A stretch of 64,000 nucleotides of DNA from Candidatus Eiseniibacteriota bacterium. Lineage in GTDB: Bacteria > Eisenbacteria > RBG-16-71-46. Within the stretch, counting starts at the first letter, position 1, and each line of letters begins with the position of its first letter. Made by a program: the position numbers and the translations under genes. This document shows, one piece after another, positions 61,669 through 64,000 of this stretch. The DNA is taken from the NCBI GenBank assembly GCA_963707915.1, contig OY970178.1, positions 2,656,001 through 2,720,000 of the forward strand, read 5' to 3'. Below the pieces are notes generated by a model. That model did not search any database. It saw only the letters and a list, made by a program, of their open reading frames with translations, and was not told where the DNA came from.

Positions 61669-64000
61669 ATGCGCACCTCCCGGAAGACCCTGACGTCCCT
61701 GCTGCTGGTCGCGGCGATCGCCGCGCTGCTCGCCGCCCCGGCCCGGGCGGTCCCCACGCACGCCGACTCGGTGCCGCCGCTGCGGGCGCAGCGGCTCACC
61801 GCCCCCGTGGTCATCGACGGCGTGCTGGACGACGCGGCCTGGCAGGCGCCGCCCACGCTGCGGACCCTGACGCAGGGCGGCGCGTTCGAGGGCCAGACGC
61901 CGCGCGAGAGCACCTGGGTGTGGCTGGCCTACGACGACGACGCGCTGGTGGTCGCCGCGCGCTGCTGGGACGCACACCCCGACTCGATGGTGGTGCGCCT
62001 GGTGCGGCGCGACACCGACACGATGGTGGACTACTTCGAGATCCTGCTCGACCCGTTCCACGACCACCGCAGCGGCTACTACTTCGCCATCAGCGCGATG
62101 GGCGTGCTCTACGACGCCATCGGCTTCAACGACGGCTGGTGGGACAACACCTGGGACGGCGTCTGGTCGGGGCGCTCGCGGCGCCAGAGGGTGCCGGCCG
62201 ACGGGGCCGGGATGGCGGGCGGCGAGGGCACCGGCTGGACCACGGAGATGCGCATCCCGTTCTCACAGCTCCGCTACCGCGCCGGCGCCGAGCAGGTCTG
62301 GGGCGTGAACCCCCACCGCTTCATCGCGCGGCACAACGAGGACGACTCCTACGTCTACACGCCGCGCGGGCAGAGCGGCACCATGTCGCGCTGGGCCCAC
62401 CTGGTCGGGCTGCAGAACGGCCACCGCGCCCGCGCCATCGAGCTGTCGCCCTACGTCACGGGCAAGGGCGAGTACCTGGCGCACCAGCCCGGCGATCCGT
62501 TCAACGACGGCTCGCGCGAGACCCCGGGCGTGGGCGCCGACCTGCGCATGGCGGTGGGCAACAACCTGACGCTCAACGCCACCGCGAACCCGGACTTCGG
62601 ACAGGTCGAGGTGGACCCCGCGGTGGTGAACCTCACCGACGTGGAGTCGTACTTCGCGGAGAAGCGGCCGTTCTTCACCGAGAACTCCCGCGTCTTCGGC
62701 TTCGGCAACGAGGGGGCGAACGACTACTGGGGCTTCAACTGGCCCGAGCCGCAGTTCTTCTACCCGCGGCGCGTCGGGCGTGCGCCGCAGGGGACGCCCC
62801 CGTCCGGGGCGGCGTACGCGGACGTGCCGTTCGCGACCCGCATTCTCGGCGCGGCGAAGCTCACCGGCAAGCCGTGGCCGAGCCTGAACTTCGGCACCAT
62901 GCACGCGGTCACCGCGCGCGAGCAGGCCGACTTCGCCACCGGCGGGCTCGAGTCGCGCGCCGACGTCGAGCCGCTGACCTACTACGGCGTGATGCGCAGC
63001 CTGAAGGAGTTCTCCGAGCGGCGCAACGGCCTGGGCGCGATGGTCACGCTGGCCCAGCGGCGCTTCGACGGCGGGCGCCTCGAGGGGTTGCTGAACCGGC
63101 AATCGCTGTTCACCGGCGTGGACGGCTGGCACTTCCTCGACCGGAGGAGGGTCTGGGTGCTCTCCGGCTACACGGGGCTGTCGCGCGTGGCGGGCACGCG
63201 GGAGCGGATGACCGCCCTGCAGCGCGACCCACGCCACTACCTGCAGCGCCCGGACGTGAGCCACCTCGGCGTGGACACCAGCGCCACCTCGCTGACCGGC
63301 GCCGTGGCCCGGGTCTGGCTGCACAAGCAGGAGGGCAGCGTCCTGTTCAACTCGGCGCTGGGCGTCATCAGCCCGCGCTTCGACGTGAACGACATGGGCT
63401 ACCAGTCGCGCGCCGACATCGTGAACGGTCACGTGGGCGTGGGCTACGCGTGGAACCGCCCGAACCGGTGGCGCCGCGCGGCGTGGGCGATCGGGTCGCT
63501 CTACGACAGTCACGATCTCGGCGGCAACCGCATCTCGACCGGCTTCTACGGCTCCGTGGAGACGCGCCTCACCAACAACGCCCTCATCCACGTCAACGTC
63601 AATCCCGTCTTCGAGGCGTTCGACAACCGCCGGACCCGCGGCGGCCCGCTGGTGCGTTTGCCGGGCGCGCTCCAGAGCGACCTGACCGTCAACACGGACG
63701 CCACGCGCCGGCTCGCCTGGGGGCTCGCGGTCGCCGGCTTCCGCCGCCCGCAGGCGGGCTCCTCCAACTGGAGCGTCGAGCCCAGCGTGACCTGGAAGCC
63801 CGTCTCGAGCCTGGCGCTGAGCGCGGGCCCGGGCTACGAGCGCGTGGTCGAGGACGCCCAGTACGTGACCACCGCGCGCGCGAGTGCGGGTGCGCCGGCG
63901 GACTTCGGCGGCCTGCGCTACGTTTTCGCCCGGATCGACCAGCGGACGGTCTCCGCGAGCATCCGCTTCAACGTCTCGTTCACGCCGAACCTGTCGCTGG
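61669..64000 (+). CDS. DUF5916 paralog; runs off the window's right edge
   Basis: Manually translated MRTSRKTLTSLLLVAAIAALLAAPARA...; same motifs (NPDFGQVEVD, EKRPFFTE). Confidence 0.88.
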   Translation, partial: MRTSRKTLTSLLLVAAIAALLAAPARAVPTHADSVPPLRAQRLTAPVVIDGVLDDAAWQAPPTLRTLTQGGAFEGQTPRESTWVWLAYDDDALVVAARCWDAHPDSMVVRLVRRDTDTMVDYFEILLDPFHDHRSGYYFAISAMGVLYDAIGFNDGWWDNTWDGVWSGRSRRQRVPADGAGMAGGEGTGWTTEMRIPFSQLRYRAGAEQVWGVNPHRFIARHNEDDSYVYTPRGQSGTMSRWAHLVGLQNGHRARAIELSPYVTGKGEYLAHQPGDPFNDGSRETPGVGADLRMAVGNNLTLNATANPDFGQVEVDPAVVNLTDVESYFAEKRPFFTENSRVFGFGNEGANDYWGFNWPEPQFFYPRRVGRAPQGTPPSGAAYADVPFATRILGAAKLTGKPWPSLNFGTMHAVTAREQADFATGGLESRADVEPLTYYGVMRSLKEFSERRNGLGAMVTLAQRRFDGGRLEGLLNRQSLFTGVDGWHFLDRRRVWVLSGYTGLSRVAGTRERMTALQRDPRHYLQRPDVSHLGVDTSATSLTGAVARVWLHKQEGSVLFNSALGVISPRFDVNDMGYQSRADIVNGHVGVGYAWNRPNRWRRAAWAIGSLYDSHDLGGNRISTGFYGSVETRLTNNALIHVNVNPVFEAFDNRRTRGGPLVRLPGALQSDLTVNTDATRRLAWGLAVAGFRRPQAGSSNWSVEPSVTWKPVSSLALSAGPGYERVVEDAQYVTTARASAGAPADFGGLRYVFARIDQRTVSASIRFNVSFTPNLSL

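Overview
Very GC-rich bacterial chromosomal segment. Secreted proteins ending in TWGxIKxLYR or a FlgD-Ig domain, plus DUF5916 paralogs, suggest an FCB-group organism such as Ca. Eisenbacteria (inference). Left: a secreted BNR/sialidase-like gene, a TPR membrane protein, a PG transglycosylase, a Zn-ribbon-queE-queC-queD operon, an MFS transporter, two TWG-tailed secreted paralogs, an esterase, a GAF histidine kinase and an HD-GYP/HEAT pair. Centre: rpmH-rnpA-yidD-yidC-jag-mnmE-mnmG-rsmG-parA-parB-bactofilin with two parS sites and no adjacent dnaA, an aspartyl protease-PDZ, and lexA followed by an IS200-like TnpA. Right: a DUF4402 pilin/chaperone/usher-like cluster, ubiA-ubiX-ubiD, a secreted metalloprotease, a Ser/Thr kinase, pntAB, YfhO, an MFS-BtpA-PfkB-psuG operon and tandem DUF5916 genes. 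Best candidate for an undescribed system: the TnpA lacks its catalytic Tyr and shares a 20-bp palindrome (TACTG[A/C]AC-N4-GTGCAGTA) with the lexA promoter, suggesting a domesticated, SOS-regulated transposase. Three single-base frameshifts (jag, mnmE, an M50-like gene) look like assembly errors. No rRNA, tRNA or CRISPR array was seen. All family calls come from motif recognition; no searches were run.
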